A stretch of 64,000 bases of DNA. Origin: Candidatus Woesearchaeota archaeon (GTDB lineage: Archaea > Nanobdellota > Nanobdellia > Woesearchaeales > DSVV01). The notes beneath the pieces were generated by a model that had not been told where the DNA came from, ran no database searches, and saw only the letters and a list, made by a program, of their open reading frames with translations. Within the stretch, counting starts at the first letter, position 1; every line of letters starts with the position of its first letter. Position numbers and translations under genes: made by a program. This document shows, in pieces, positions 18,901-26,821 of the stretch. Location of the stretch: the NCBI GenBank assembly GCA_018303075.1, contig JAGVYW010000003.1:1598-65597 (forward strand). Reading direction: 5' to 3'.

Positions 18901-19581
18901 CTCATCTGGTTTTTTTCCTTCATTCTTTTTATACCATTCTTGGTCATTTCTAATGTAATATCTACAATGCCCATCATTTCTTTTTGCTTCAGAAATAGTA
19001 TTGTCATAGTTATCATTTTTCTTTGCTTCATAACTTATAAAAAGTTCTCTATAAGGTTCAGAATTAAATACACCTGATTTATCAAATGGAATATTGATTG
19101 ATGGTGGATTTGATGAAAAATCAGTCTTAAGAAACTCATTAATTTTCCCATCATAACCCTCTTTATCAGCATATGTTTTTCTAATTACAAATGGTTTTCC
19201 AACGTAAGATTTTTTTATATCCTTATCTTTATCAGACTGAAGCCCATAATAATCTGGATTAAAACAGATTATTCCTACTTCTAATCTTAATTTCGTATCA
19301 CCTTCATAAGATTCTGTTGCTCCAGAACTACTTGGCTGTTTATTTGGATCCAATTCACCTTCATTATAGTTTTGATCTGTCAGAATTATATCTGATTCTT
19401 GTGGGGAGATTTTATCACTTTTTTCATCACCCTCGACTGAATCATCTTCAATTTCTTCAGGAGGTTCATCTCCTTGTTCAGCAACAATCACTTTAGAAAG
19501 CACACTTATTAGTACTATAATTAGAACTATAAATATCAAATACTTGCTTGTATTCCCCTTTTCCATAAATATCCTAATCAA
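15925..19581 (-). CDS. large (1218 aa) secreted/anchored surface protein, Cys-containing, no recognisable enzymatic motif
   Basis: N-terminus MEKG|NTSKYLIFIVLIIVLISVL hydrophobic; acidic linker then large globular region with paired Cys. Confidence 0.6.
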   Translation of the reverse strand: MIRIFMEKGNTSKYLIFIVLIIVLISVLSKVIVAEQGDEPPEEIEDDSVEGDEKSDKISPQESDIILTDQNYNEGELDPNKQPSSSGATESYEGDTKLRLEVGIICFNPDYYGLQSDKDKDIKKSYVGKPFVIRKTYADKEGYDGKINEFLKTDFSSNPPSINIPFDKSGVFNSEPYRELFISYEAKKNDNYDNTISEAKRNDGHCRYYIRNDQEWYKKNEGKKPDEQIPRVFSLSGRSGEATQTTVESQSNPEITYTKEVKTYQKEYLGTAVMFGEETGFMYQVDWDGNSNQCIGTYMDNQKIGSITNFNNNAKVACCGDDYIWLTNKVINYNENKQKISLNHPEETEIVDYSNQEKLCLYPTIVEGVDNKEYGEPIQIIDSETGAYRCTSNPYPRKDYDKGNFGTKNKVKLRGLGTTDLGLYKLGEKKVPLYCNHYFDQGKGDVFEWITLDEAAKITSSTSDIDFTIESEDTAVLRQNPEYVKEDLKSPEEENKFDPYLHNVCNFYLSGRWTGSRCCMQEFNYETKERKEITYNEENPTHDSIDGNLLKIPNGACVKSTYIDYAKPFNDPIDDNSKQGYYAVKGKIWTCNALQTATITPIIPSAFHFITSNDALEPQEEPLFSLERNYNTCQAKRIAIDNTNKYISACLPDNTFLVFNEDNIKETDTLSDEEKEALKTAVKLGYPAEELILTDSKAKNLELEEIPMKLSTVPWVDKDSYDYSSCCFANSCWNPAEDEDGPNCVSEGEAVSSETTGDGKFYICKGGEWKEPTPKYNWYNDTIELETLKQDGSNLCTESFSCACPSAAYDDEDQCDQKYTTIKEGSLNLEEYAEDLELKSGGISLCTNKEFFFHKDHLCEPVYKNNQLVNAEWSSRTKVLAIQLLDIAGDNEFTLHCAPADQTLNYNSISAETEAANILIKDAVNSFCILKVKDQTYLGVTVNKVESENTEQDSITFDPTELFNTLGFVKSGDFFDEDAAKCDIKEEDSSRYGIYKKCSEHLYYNNKLKAIIYNKNGINNLKDIQENYNKHNSQLKGFANTLIGLHSSQKELDAFKSKSFQGSDIIAEIADFNNFYLLKNIAANQLIFGITERKWDPSSGETGSHSLRYFTAIIYFNPIIGIFNQNIDCTKIAQADQDIYCNMIPISTSSLTYLFTKTEDENGIPYNKFSDLTSKLRIRQQLQAIPINPALVPAIEPIISPQLAAILSSNQMELPVNG

Positions 19582-19711
19582 TTTTTGATGTGCAAATATA
19601 TAAATGTTTCTTTGAGAATTTTGCTATCCGACAAAATTCTCTTATTTACGCCTGTCTTTGAAAAAATTCATATATTTTATTATTTAGTAAATCTACGCAG
19701 GAGTACAAGTA

Positions 19712-20902
19712 ATGAGCATTCTTAAGTGGATACAAATATATATATACTCTAATAAATTAGTTTTCTATCAGATGTCAAAATTAACAGATTATATAGAAAA
19801 AGAACTAAAAAAAGGGTTTTCTATCGAGAAGATAAAGGAAACACTCCTTAAGTATAAGTATCCTGAAGATGAGATAAATGAAGCTTTAGTTGAGGTTAAA
19901 CAATATGAATTTCCACAGCATAAATGGAAAAAACCTTTATTGTGGGAAATGATAGGGGTTGTTGGAGGGTTGATATTAATAATTATTCTGCTGATTTATC
20001 CTTTTGACAGAGTTGGAGAAGGAGTTCAGGAGAAAATAGTTCCAGAGAAACCATTAACTGTACCAGAATGTGATGGGTTGCAGCCAGCAAAGAGAGATGT
20101 TTGTGTATTGAGATTAGCTGCACAAAGGAATGAAACAGAGATTTGTGTTGTGATGAATGATGTTTCTCGAAAGATTGACTGCTATCAGAAAATTTGGGAG
20201 AAGAATGAATGCAGATATCTGGAGATTATTGGAGAGGATGCGGATGAGTGTTATGTGGGGAAGGCGGTTCTGGAAATGGATTTTACATATTGTTATAAAA
20301 CAAAAGATGTTGAGAAATGTTTTGAAAAACTGTTTTTATTAAATAATACTAAAGATATTTGTTTGAAAGAAGGTTATTTGGATAAAGACTGTCTTGATTA
20401 TTATATCAGCACGACTAATGAAATTTCTTTATGTGATAACTTTGATATATATAAAAAAGGTTTTTGTATTTATGATATAGCTATCAGAACAAACAATAAA
20501 GAGTTATGCAACTATGATTTCGGTAAACCACTTACAACATTTTCTTGTAAGTTTAAAATTGCGTCTAATAAAATGGAAAAAGAAAACATAATAAAAGAAT
20601 TTCAACAATTAATGATTGAGAAATATGAAAAAGGACATATTAACACCAATGAATTTATCTTTGATATTGCAGTAATAGAAAAAGATATAAATTATTGTAA
20701 ATTAACAACTAATGATAAAATCGAATCAATAAACAGTTTAAAAAATAATACATTTTATAATATGTGTTTACTAATAGTTGCATTACAGAATAATCAATCA
20801 GATATTTGCGAACAGATATCTGACATCACTGATCAAAAGGTATGTAAAGAAATAGTAAAAGATCAATGCAAAATTAATAAATATGTTGATATTTGTAATT
20901 AA
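19712..20902 (+). CDS. type-II membrane protein: ~80-aa cytoplasmic N-domain, TM (LLWEMIGVVGGLILIIILLIY), extracellular domain of ~10 degenerate ~30-aa Cys-containing repeats (C-x10-12-C-Y/F)
   Basis: Periodic Cys spacing visible in translation; likely start at second Met (MSKLTDYIEKELKKG). Confidence 0.5.
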   Translation: MSILKWIQIYIYSNKLVFYQMSKLTDYIEKELKKGFSIEKIKETLLKYKYPEDEINEALVEVKQYEFPQHKWKKPLLWEMIGVVGGLILIIILLIYPFDRVGEGVQEKIVPEKPLTVPECDGLQPAKRDVCVLRLAAQRNETEICVVMNDVSRKIDCYQKIWEKNECRYLEIIGEDADECYVGKAVLEMDFTYCYKTKDVEKCFEKLFLLNNTKDICLKEGYLDKDCLDYYISTTNEISLCDNFDIYKKGFCIYDIAIRTNNKELCNYDFGKPLTTFSCKFKIASNKMEKENIIKEFQQLMIEKYEKGHINTNEFIFDIAVIEKDINYCKLTTNDKIESINSLKNNTFYNMCLLIVALQNNQSDICEQISDITDQKVCKEIVKDQCKINKYVDICN

Positions 20903-20915
20903 AGGTTGATATGAT

Positions 20916-21506
20916 ATGAATTTAAAAAAATGTTTTAAAAAGTCATTATTGTTGATTATATTTATATCCTTATGTGGAATAGCTTTATCTGCTCCTGAAG
21001 GTTATATCACCAAATTACATTACAATGACTGCGATGGGGGAGCTGTTAGTGAAGATGTTGGTGAATGCTTAGTTTCTTGCGTAGTTAGTTGTGATACTCT
21101 CGATAAAGGAAAAATAGTTGCAGAGCAGTTTGTAAAAGCTGGAACTGAGGATGGATATGGTAATGAAGGCTGGATGGATAGTTGGGTTGATCTCTACTTT
21201 CCTGATGGAAAAAAACTAACAGTTAATACAAAAAATAACAAAGATCATTTCAATTTTGAAAACTTTAATAGCGGTGATTATTCCGGTAGTTATAAAAATC
21301 TATTAGTTGGAGTGAATATAAAATTACAACAGAATGAATTAATAGTAGAAACAGCTAATAAATTCAGTGGTGCATGTCCAGGAACATTTTTAAATTGGTA
21401 CGCTAGTTATGATACAGGCAATTTAGATCATTATTGTTATTGTGCGTCACATCAAAATAATGAGAAGTTAGAAGATATATCTTATGATGGCAGCTGTGAT
21501 ACGTAA
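20916..21506 (+). CDS. secreted protein (196 aa) with Sec signal peptide MNLKKCFKKSLLLIIFISLCGIALSAPEG
   Basis: Classic n-h-c signal peptide; Cys-rich mature region. Confidence 0.55.
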   Translation: MNLKKCFKKSLLLIIFISLCGIALSAPEGYITKLHYNDCDGGAVSEDVGECLVSCVVSCDTLDKGKIVAEQFVKAGTEDGYGNEGWMDSWVDLYFPDGKKLTVNTKNNKDHFNFENFNSGDYSGSYKNLLVGVNIKLQQNELIVETANKFSGACPGTFLNWYASYDTGNLDHYCYCASHQNNEKLEDISYDGSCDT

Positions 21507-21732
21507 TAAATGAAAGAGAGATTTTTGGATTAGAAGAATTTCAAAGGAGGCATAGAGCATTTTCTCAATTACTTGTTACTGAATCAATTTCAAAAGCAGT
21601 ATTATCAGTGAATCTGTTATATGGATAGAGCATTGCAAAATAAAGATATAGGGAACTGCAAAAGTTTACTGGAAATAATAGATTGAACTGCAAAAAGTTT
21701 TATGAAATAAAGGATATTATTACTTGAAACAG

Positions 21733-23007
21733 TTAAAGTAAACACTTCCAAAAATGAAAAGGCAACCTTAGTATCAATCCTTTTTTCTTTTTCTGAGAAC
21801 TCAGATTGACAAGATATGCTTTTTTCATAGGATATTCTTTTAGAAATGATTGTAAACCTAAGAAATCATCATTTTTCAGCATTTTTTTGTATTTTACTTC
21901 AATAGGGATTTGTTTTTGTTTTTCATCAATAATTATATCTACTTCATGCTTGTTTTTATCCTGCCAGAATTTTATCATTTCTGGATGTATGCCTGATTTT
22001 AGCAATTCTGTAATACAATATGCTTCAAAAAGAGTTCCTTGATCATGGCGAAGATGCAGCACTGTGAAATTATTAGTAAAATAGTTTCGTACACCATTGT
22101 CAATAAAATAAATCTTCGGAATCTTTACAAGTTCTTTATTTTTATTTGTGAAAAATGGCCGTACAACTGCAATAAGATATGTTTCTTTTATTATTTCAAT
22201 ATAATTTATCACTTCATTATAATCTAAGCTGCTCACTTGACAAATCTCTTCATATTTTATTTTTTGGCCATTATTAACTGCGATATATTCAATTAATTTC
22301 TTTACATTCATGATCTTATTAATATTTAAGTATTCCACCAAATCTTTTTTAATGTATAAATCAAAAATGCTTTCGAGCACAGCAATCTTTTCTTCTTTTT
22401 TGTTTTTTAATACTACTTCAGGATAGCCTCCAAAAATAAGAAACTCATTTAATAAATCATTGAGTTTTCCAATTGCTTGGAAAAGATTCTCACCTTTGAT
22501 AGAAACAACATTCTTCAAATGTTTTATTGCTTCTGCATCTTCTTTAAACCATAAGAATTCTTCAAAGTCCAAAGGATATATATTATTGATTATCTTCCTG
22601 CCCGCCAAAGATTCCTGAATTAACGATTTTATCTTTAGAGAAGAGGAACCTGATGCATATACTTTTACTGATGGAAGATTATCATACAAATTCTTCATAA
22701 TAATTGATATATCACCATAGCGTTGGAATTCATCCAAAAAGAGATAAAAATTTTCTTTCTTTTTCTCCTGAAATCCATTTATTTTCAACGTATTTAATAC
22801 ATTTTCATAAGTATTTACTTTCTCATAATTTGTGAAAATATCCAAATCCAAAAATAATCCTTTCTCTTTCTGATTTACACACAATTCTTCAAAAAGAGTT
22901 TTCAGTAATGTAGTCTTGCCTACTTGCCTTGCACCCAGTAAAAGAGATACTTTCCGTTCATTTTTTTGCTTCAGTAGATGTGCATATATTTTTCGCGGTT
23001 TTGCCAT
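21733..23007 (-). CDS. AAA-superfamily ATPase with C-terminal DUF4143-like domain
   Basis: Walker A LLLGARQVGKTTLLK, Walker B-like FLFLDEFQ; domain architecture typical of archaeal AAA_14/DUF4143 proteins. Confidence 0.6.
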   Translation of the reverse strand: MAKPRKIYAHLLKQKNERKVSLLLGARQVGKTTLLKTLFEELCVNQKEKGLFLDLDIFTNYEKVNTYENVLNTLKINGFQEKKKENFYLFLDEFQRYGDISIIMKNLYDNLPSVKVYASGSSSLKIKSLIQESLAGRKIINNIYPLDFEEFLWFKEDAEAIKHLKNVVSIKGENLFQAIGKLNDLLNEFLIFGGYPEVVLKNKKEEKIAVLESIFDLYIKKDLVEYLNINKIMNVKKLIEYIAVNNGQKIKYEEICQVSSLDYNEVINYIEIIKETYLIAVVRPFFTNKNKELVKIPKIYFIDNGVRNYFTNNFTVLHLRHDQGTLFEAYCITELLKSGIHPEMIKFWQDKNKHEVDIIIDEKQKQIPIEVKYKKMLKNDDFLGLQSFLKEYPMKKAYLVNLSSQKKKKGLILRLPFHFWKCLL

Positions 23008-23105
23008 AATCTAAACCTTTACAATTTTTAATTTTAGATTAATCTAAAATTTATGTGTTTATAATTTTAGAATAAACTAGTATATAAATCTTGTTGTTTA
23101 TACAA

Positions 23106-23142
23106 CTTCAATCCCATCAGCTATAATCTTTCCTTCTGATTT
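23106..23142. repeat. 37-bp perfect direct repeat, copy 1 (CTTCAATCCCATCAGCTATAATCTTTCCTTCTGATTT), 20 bp beyond HEPN stop
   Basis: Identical to 24384..24420; imperfect match continues ~10 bp on each side. Confidence 0.9.
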
Positions 23143-23161
23143 GTCTTTGTTCCATCTCTAA

Positions 23162-23614
23162 TCACATAATTATTTTTCCCTTTATTCTTTGATAGAAATA
23201 ACTTAATTCTTGTATTGCTTTTATTGAGAATCCCTTGTCTAACATTCTGCCATAATATAATACATCATTTCTTATTTTCCTATAACGATCAAATATCATA
23301 AATAGCTCTCTGTCATTTTCATTATCACGCAGAAAATATGCTAAACATATATGGTTCTGCACCTTATAGCCTTTTTGAGCAACAAATGCATGCAATAACT
23401 CTAAACAACCTTCATACATATCGCTGAAGATAATCTCTGCATTAGTATCATCTATCTTATGGTTCTCAACAAAATCTTTTCTTCGTTTTGCAGAATGCAA
23501 TAATGATTTTATTCTTTCTGAATTGGAAGTCATCTTTATTGCATTTTTGTCATCTATACAACTATGCCAATCCATATTAAAACACCTTGACCATGCCACG
23601 TACGATAATCCCAT
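23162..23614 (-). CDS. HEPN-domain protein (putative toxin of HEPN/MNT pair)
   Basis: Follows and overlaps the MNT gene; C-terminal YRKIRNDVLYYG resembles HEPN RN-x3-HG region (His replaced); start ambiguous (Met1/Met14/Met28). Confidence 0.45.
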   Translation of the reverse strand: MGLSYVAWSRCFNMDWHSCIDDKNAIKMTSNSERIKSLLHSAKRRKDFVENHKIDDTNAEIIFSDMYEGCLELLHAFVAQKGYKVQNHICLAYFLRDNENDRELFMIFDRYRKIRNDVLYYGRMLDKGFSIKAIQELSYFYQRIKGKIIM

Positions 23615-24125
23615 TAATAATACTGTTAAGCAATTCTTTATTCTTTTTTTTTAATTGGTTCACCCCTTTTTTATCATAAACAAATAATTGTATCGGCGCA
23701 CCAAACTGCTGTTCAAATCTCTGCAAATCCAAATCTAACCCTTTCTTTGTTTCTGTAAAAAGTGCAATATCATAGTCACTTTTCTCAGTATCTTCACCAA
23801 TTGCATGAGAACCAAAAAGAACAATCGTCGGATAATTCAACTGCTGTTCAAGATATGCAATCAATCCGCTTTTTTCCAGCTGCATCAGTGAATCTGTTAT
23901 CTTGTATACTTTATACCTCTGATTTTCTCTGTTTGCTAAATAGAAAAAGTTTGAATGTATCTTTTTTTTGATAATGAGCTGCTCACCTTCTAATTGTTTA
24001 ACATATCTGATTACAGAAGGCAGCCCTAAATTTAATTTCCTGCTTATTTCCCGCAACCTAAACAGTTCAGTAGAATTATGTAAAAATAGTTCTAATATAC
24101 GGTAGCCATTATAATTTTGTATCAT
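23577..24125 (-). CDS. minimal nucleotidyltransferase (MNT) with N-terminal winged-helix domain (putative antitoxin)
   Basis: IVLFGSHAIGEDTEKSDYDIALF = GS-x9-D-x-D nucleotidyltransferase motif; N-terminal HTH ISRKLNLGLPSVIRYVKQLEGEQLI. Confidence 0.65.
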   Translation of the reverse strand: MIQNYNGYRILELFLHNSTELFRLREISRKLNLGLPSVIRYVKQLEGEQLIIKKKIHSNFFYLANRENQRYKVYKITDSLMQLEKSGLIAYLEQQLNYPTIVLFGSHAIGEDTEKSDYDIALFTETKKGLDLDLQRFEQQFGAPIQLFVYDKKGVNQLKKKNKELLNSIINGIIVRGMVKVF

Positions 24126-24375
24126 GCGATATCTAAATATATCATTTGATATATAAATATATCGAAATTTTGTACGTAATAAACGAAAGTTATGTGTTTC
24201 ATGGGGGAACTGCTATTTGGCGCTGTTATAACGGAAATATATTTTAATGAGAAGATTGATGTGAATACAGTAAATAACATTAAAAATAAAATCGATAAAG
24301 ATAAATTAAAACAGTATCTTAAATAATATTCAAAGATGCTGAAAGCAAAAATACTAAAGTATTTCTAATTTTGGA

Positions 24376-25038
24376 TTAAACTTCTTCAATCCCATCAGCT
24401 ATAATCTTTCCTTCTGATTTAGTTTTGTTTAGTTTATATCTAAAATATACATTTTCTAATGACTGCTTTGCTGATGATTCATTCATGCCTAATGTAACAA
24501 AGAAACTAACAATATCTTTTGGATTTTTCATCTGATAGGGATGTACTGCAAATGATGCAATGATGCAATTTAATTTATGTTTTTGTGCTAAACTTATGTT
24601 TTGCATTACTCTGCCAAGATAATCTTCGTCATTGCTCTTTATGTTCTGCAATGAAAATGCAAGCAGTATCTTATTTTTTACCATGAGCTCTGCAAGAACA
24701 TTGTTTAGACCAGAAGAGCGCTGCTTAATTGTATCTTTGCGTTCAAATCTCTCTAAGTTAATAATTGCAGCTGGTTTTTCATTCTCAATCAATTGACGAT
24801 TATCAGCTGAATCTGCTTCATAAATAACCAAAGCAGGAAATTTTTTAGCCTTAGAAAAATCTTTTTTTGACGCAATTATTGCAGAGAAAATATGAAGCCT
24901 TGTTGTTTCCTGAAAGGATTTCTTCTTTACAAAATTCTCCAATGAATATAAAAAACAAAGACTTTTGTAACTAAGAGCTTCTGCTATCTTGATGAATTGT
25001 TCTTCATTATTGTTTGGAATTACGATGTCGCAGTACAT
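24376..25038 (-). CDS. rnp3: RNase P protein component 3 (Rpp30 homolog)
   Basis: Collinear similarity to Pyrococcus Rpp30 (VLAELMVKNKILLAFSLQNI vs VLAKLMVKKNVALGFSL; TIM-barrel length 220 aa). Confidence 0.55.
   Translation of the reverse strand: MYCDIVIPNNNEEQFIKIAEALSYKSLCFLYSLENFVKKKSFQETTRLHIFSAIIASKKDFSKAKKFPALVIYEADSADNRQLIENEKPAAIINLERFERKDTIKQRSSGLNNVLAELMVKNKILLAFSLQNIKSNDEDYLGRVMQNISLAQKHKLNCIIASFAVHPYQMKNPKDIVSFFVTLGMNESSAKQSLENVYFRYKLNKTKSEGKIIADGIEEV
24384..24420. repeat. 37-bp perfect direct repeat, copy 2, coincident with the last 12 codons (KSEGKIIADGIEE) of the Rpp30 gene
   Basis: Identical to 23106..23142. Confidence 0.9.
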
Positions 25039-25057
25039 TGTTAAAACCTTACCATAC

Positions 25058-25429
25058 CTACAGCTTAATAATCTGCAATCCGTTTATTCTCTCAAAATCT
25101 TTATCAAGAGTCAACAGTTCAACATCATGCACTAAACATGTTGCTGCAATAAGAATGTCAACTCTCCCAGTCATAATACCATGATTTATAAGATACTCCT
25201 CAATCTCTACACCCTTATAAGCAACTTTATCATCAATAGATAATATATGCACACTTCTTATAAATTGCATCAATATTTCTTTTTTGTTTGGATGCGCATC
25301 AACAAGAAGTTCATTAATAGTTAGCGCGCTAATTGCAGCTGAATGCAGTTGAATCTGTTGTTGGATCTCTTTGTATTTACCCCTACCTGAGAATAATTCA
25401 ATTATTGCTGAAGTATCAAGAATAATCAT
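25058..25429 (-). CDS. vapC: PIN-domain ribonuclease VapC (toxin)
   Basis: MIILDTSAIIELF N-terminus, conserved acidic residues; start overlaps stop of upstream antitoxin (ATGA-type junction at 25429). Confidence 0.7.
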   Translation of the reverse strand: MIILDTSAIIELFSGRGKYKEIQQQIQLHSAAISALTINELLVDAHPNKKEILMQFIRSVHILSIDDKVAYKGVEIEEYLINHGIMTGRVDILIAATCLVHDVELLTLDKDFERINGLQIIKL

Positions 25430-25683
25430 TATAATCTTTCTCTCATATTTTTAGAACGCTGAACAAATTCAATATTCATTTCTTCTCTTCTTTTTCTAAC
25501 TTTTTCTTTCCACTGTTTTGTTTCTGATTCACTCATCTTTAACGCTCCAGCAAATCTTGCAGCTGCACCTATCTTTTCTTTTGATAGCCTTAAAACTACA
25601 TCACTGAAACTTTCATCACCATATTTAACTGATTTTAACGCATTGTATGCTTCTTCTGTAATAGTTAATGATTTTATTACCAT
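25429..25683 (-). CDS. vapB: VapB-like antitoxin (84 aa)
   Basis: Small protein immediately upstream of and overlapping vapC; sequence MVIKSLTITEEAYNALKSV is antitoxin-like. Confidence 0.5.
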   Translation of the reverse strand: MVIKSLTITEEAYNALKSVKYGDESFSDVVLRLSKEKIGAAARFAGALKMSESETKQWKEKVRKRREEMNIEFVQRSKNMRERL

Positions 25684-25708
25684 GTTACCGTTAAGTGTAC
25701 ACTTATAT

Positions 25709-26623
25709 TTAAATATATTGCTTGTTTTCTAATAACACACATGTCTTACAAACTGCTGTTGCACTTGGTTCTTTACAGTGATTACAATAGTTTACTTTTT
25801 TTTCATGCTTAATGGAGAGCTTCATTAATTTCTTCTTATTCTTTAAGAAGAGATTAATAATATTTTTCTTTGCGTCTTGGTGCTTTTGTTCATACTTATT
25901 AAGTAATTCTCCAATAACACCTCTGTATGCCTGCACAACATAAGGACATTCACCGTATTCAATGTTAAACTTCATCAGAAAAGAATATGCTGCAATCTGT
26001 TTTTCTGGAATAAAATATAATGGTTTTATCCTTGGAACAAACAAATCATCTTCAATAACACCTGTTTGAGGGCCCAAGCGAGCAGATAGTTGTGGAGTGC
26101 CTCTTAAAAGATTCATTATTATTGCTTGAGATTCATCGTCAAGATTGTGACCTGTTGCAAGCTTTGATGCAGAATAAATACGTGCGTATTTATTCAGTAA
26201 TGTTCTGCGAAATGCACCACATAAAGTACATGGTTTTGTGTTTTTATGTGTTGTTGCTAAGAATTTATCCAAAGATTTTCCAAAAGAATCCTTGTATGAA
26301 ACAATATTTAATGAGATTGCATGTTGTTTACAAAAATCGTTTACTGTTACTAATGTCTTATTACGATAACCAGCAATACCTTCGTCAATTGCAAGAGCTG
26401 CAAGAGTGAATGATAATTTTGGTTTAAGTTTATTAAGAATATATAACAAAGTTATACTGTCTTTTCCACCTGAAACAGCAACAACTATGTGATCATTTTT
26501 CTGGATAAGGCTGTGTCTCTTTATTGTTTTTTCAACTGTTTTTTCAATATACAATAAAAAATGTTGTTTACAAAATGTTGGATTAATGTATACAGCATTG
26601 TTTGTACATTTGGTGCAATGCAT
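25709..26623 (-). CDS. ncsA: tRNA 2-thiolation PP-loop ATPase NcsA/Ncs6/TtcA family
   Basis: PP-loop VAVSGGKDS; N-terminal zinc finger MHCTKCTNNAVYINPTFCKQH and C-terminal CNHCKEPSATAVCKTC; ORF-track start 26683 would overlap the SAMP gene by 58 bp; ATG at 26623 leaves a 2-bp gap. Confidence 0.7.
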   Translation of the reverse strand: MHCTKCTNNAVYINPTFCKQHFLLYIEKTVEKTIKRHSLIQKNDHIVVAVSGGKDSITLLYILNKLKPKLSFTLAALAIDEGIAGYRNKTLVTVNDFCKQHAISLNIVSYKDSFGKSLDKFLATTHKNTKPCTLCGAFRRTLLNKYARIYSASKLATGHNLDDESQAIIMNLLRGTPQLSARLGPQTGVIEDDLFVPRIKPLYFIPEKQIAAYSFLMKFNIEYGECPYVVQAYRGVIGELLNKYEQKHQDAKKNIINLFLKNKKKLMKLSIKHEKKVNYCNHCKEPSATAVCKTCVLLENKQYI

Positions 26624-26625
26624 TT

Positions 26626-26820
26626 TTACCCACCAGAAACTACTGAAAGAATTTTTACTGAATCTGAATTCTTGAGCTTGCAATCATTTGTAACTAACTC
26701 ATTGTTGACTGCAACAAGAACTGCTTCAGGATTTTGATTTAATTTTTTTAACAATCCATTAACTGTACCTGTAAATTGTAAGTTTATTATTTGATTTTTT
26801 CTTTCAATCAATATTTTCAT
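26626..26820 (-). CDS. ubiquitin-like small archaeal modifier/sulfur carrier (ThiS/MoaD/SAMP-like), C-terminal ...VVSGG
   Basis: 64-aa beta-grasp-sized protein ending in Gly-Gly directly before stop, sandwiched 1-2 bp between ThiI-like and NcsA genes. Confidence 0.65.
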   Translation of the reverse strand: MKILIERKNQIINLQFTGTVNGLLKKLNQNPEAVLVAVNNELVTNDCKLKNSDSVKILSVVSGG

Positions 26821-26821
26821 C

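Larger units (their letters stand above)
23143..24383 (-). mobile_element. putative integrated mini-cassette (HEPN/MNT toxin-antitoxin) bounded by 37-bp direct repeats at the 3' end of the Rpp30 gene
   Basis: Target-site/att-like duplication of the last 12 codons of the upstream housekeeping gene; no integrase inside. Confidence 0.3.

Noticed and set aside
26623-26683. Longer NcsA start at 26683 overlapping the ThiS-like gene by 58 bp
   Set aside because: Internal ATG at 26623 gives a 2-bp gap and starts at the zinc-finger motif MHCTKC. The extension (MQAQEFRFSKNSFSSFWWVK) is low-complexity.
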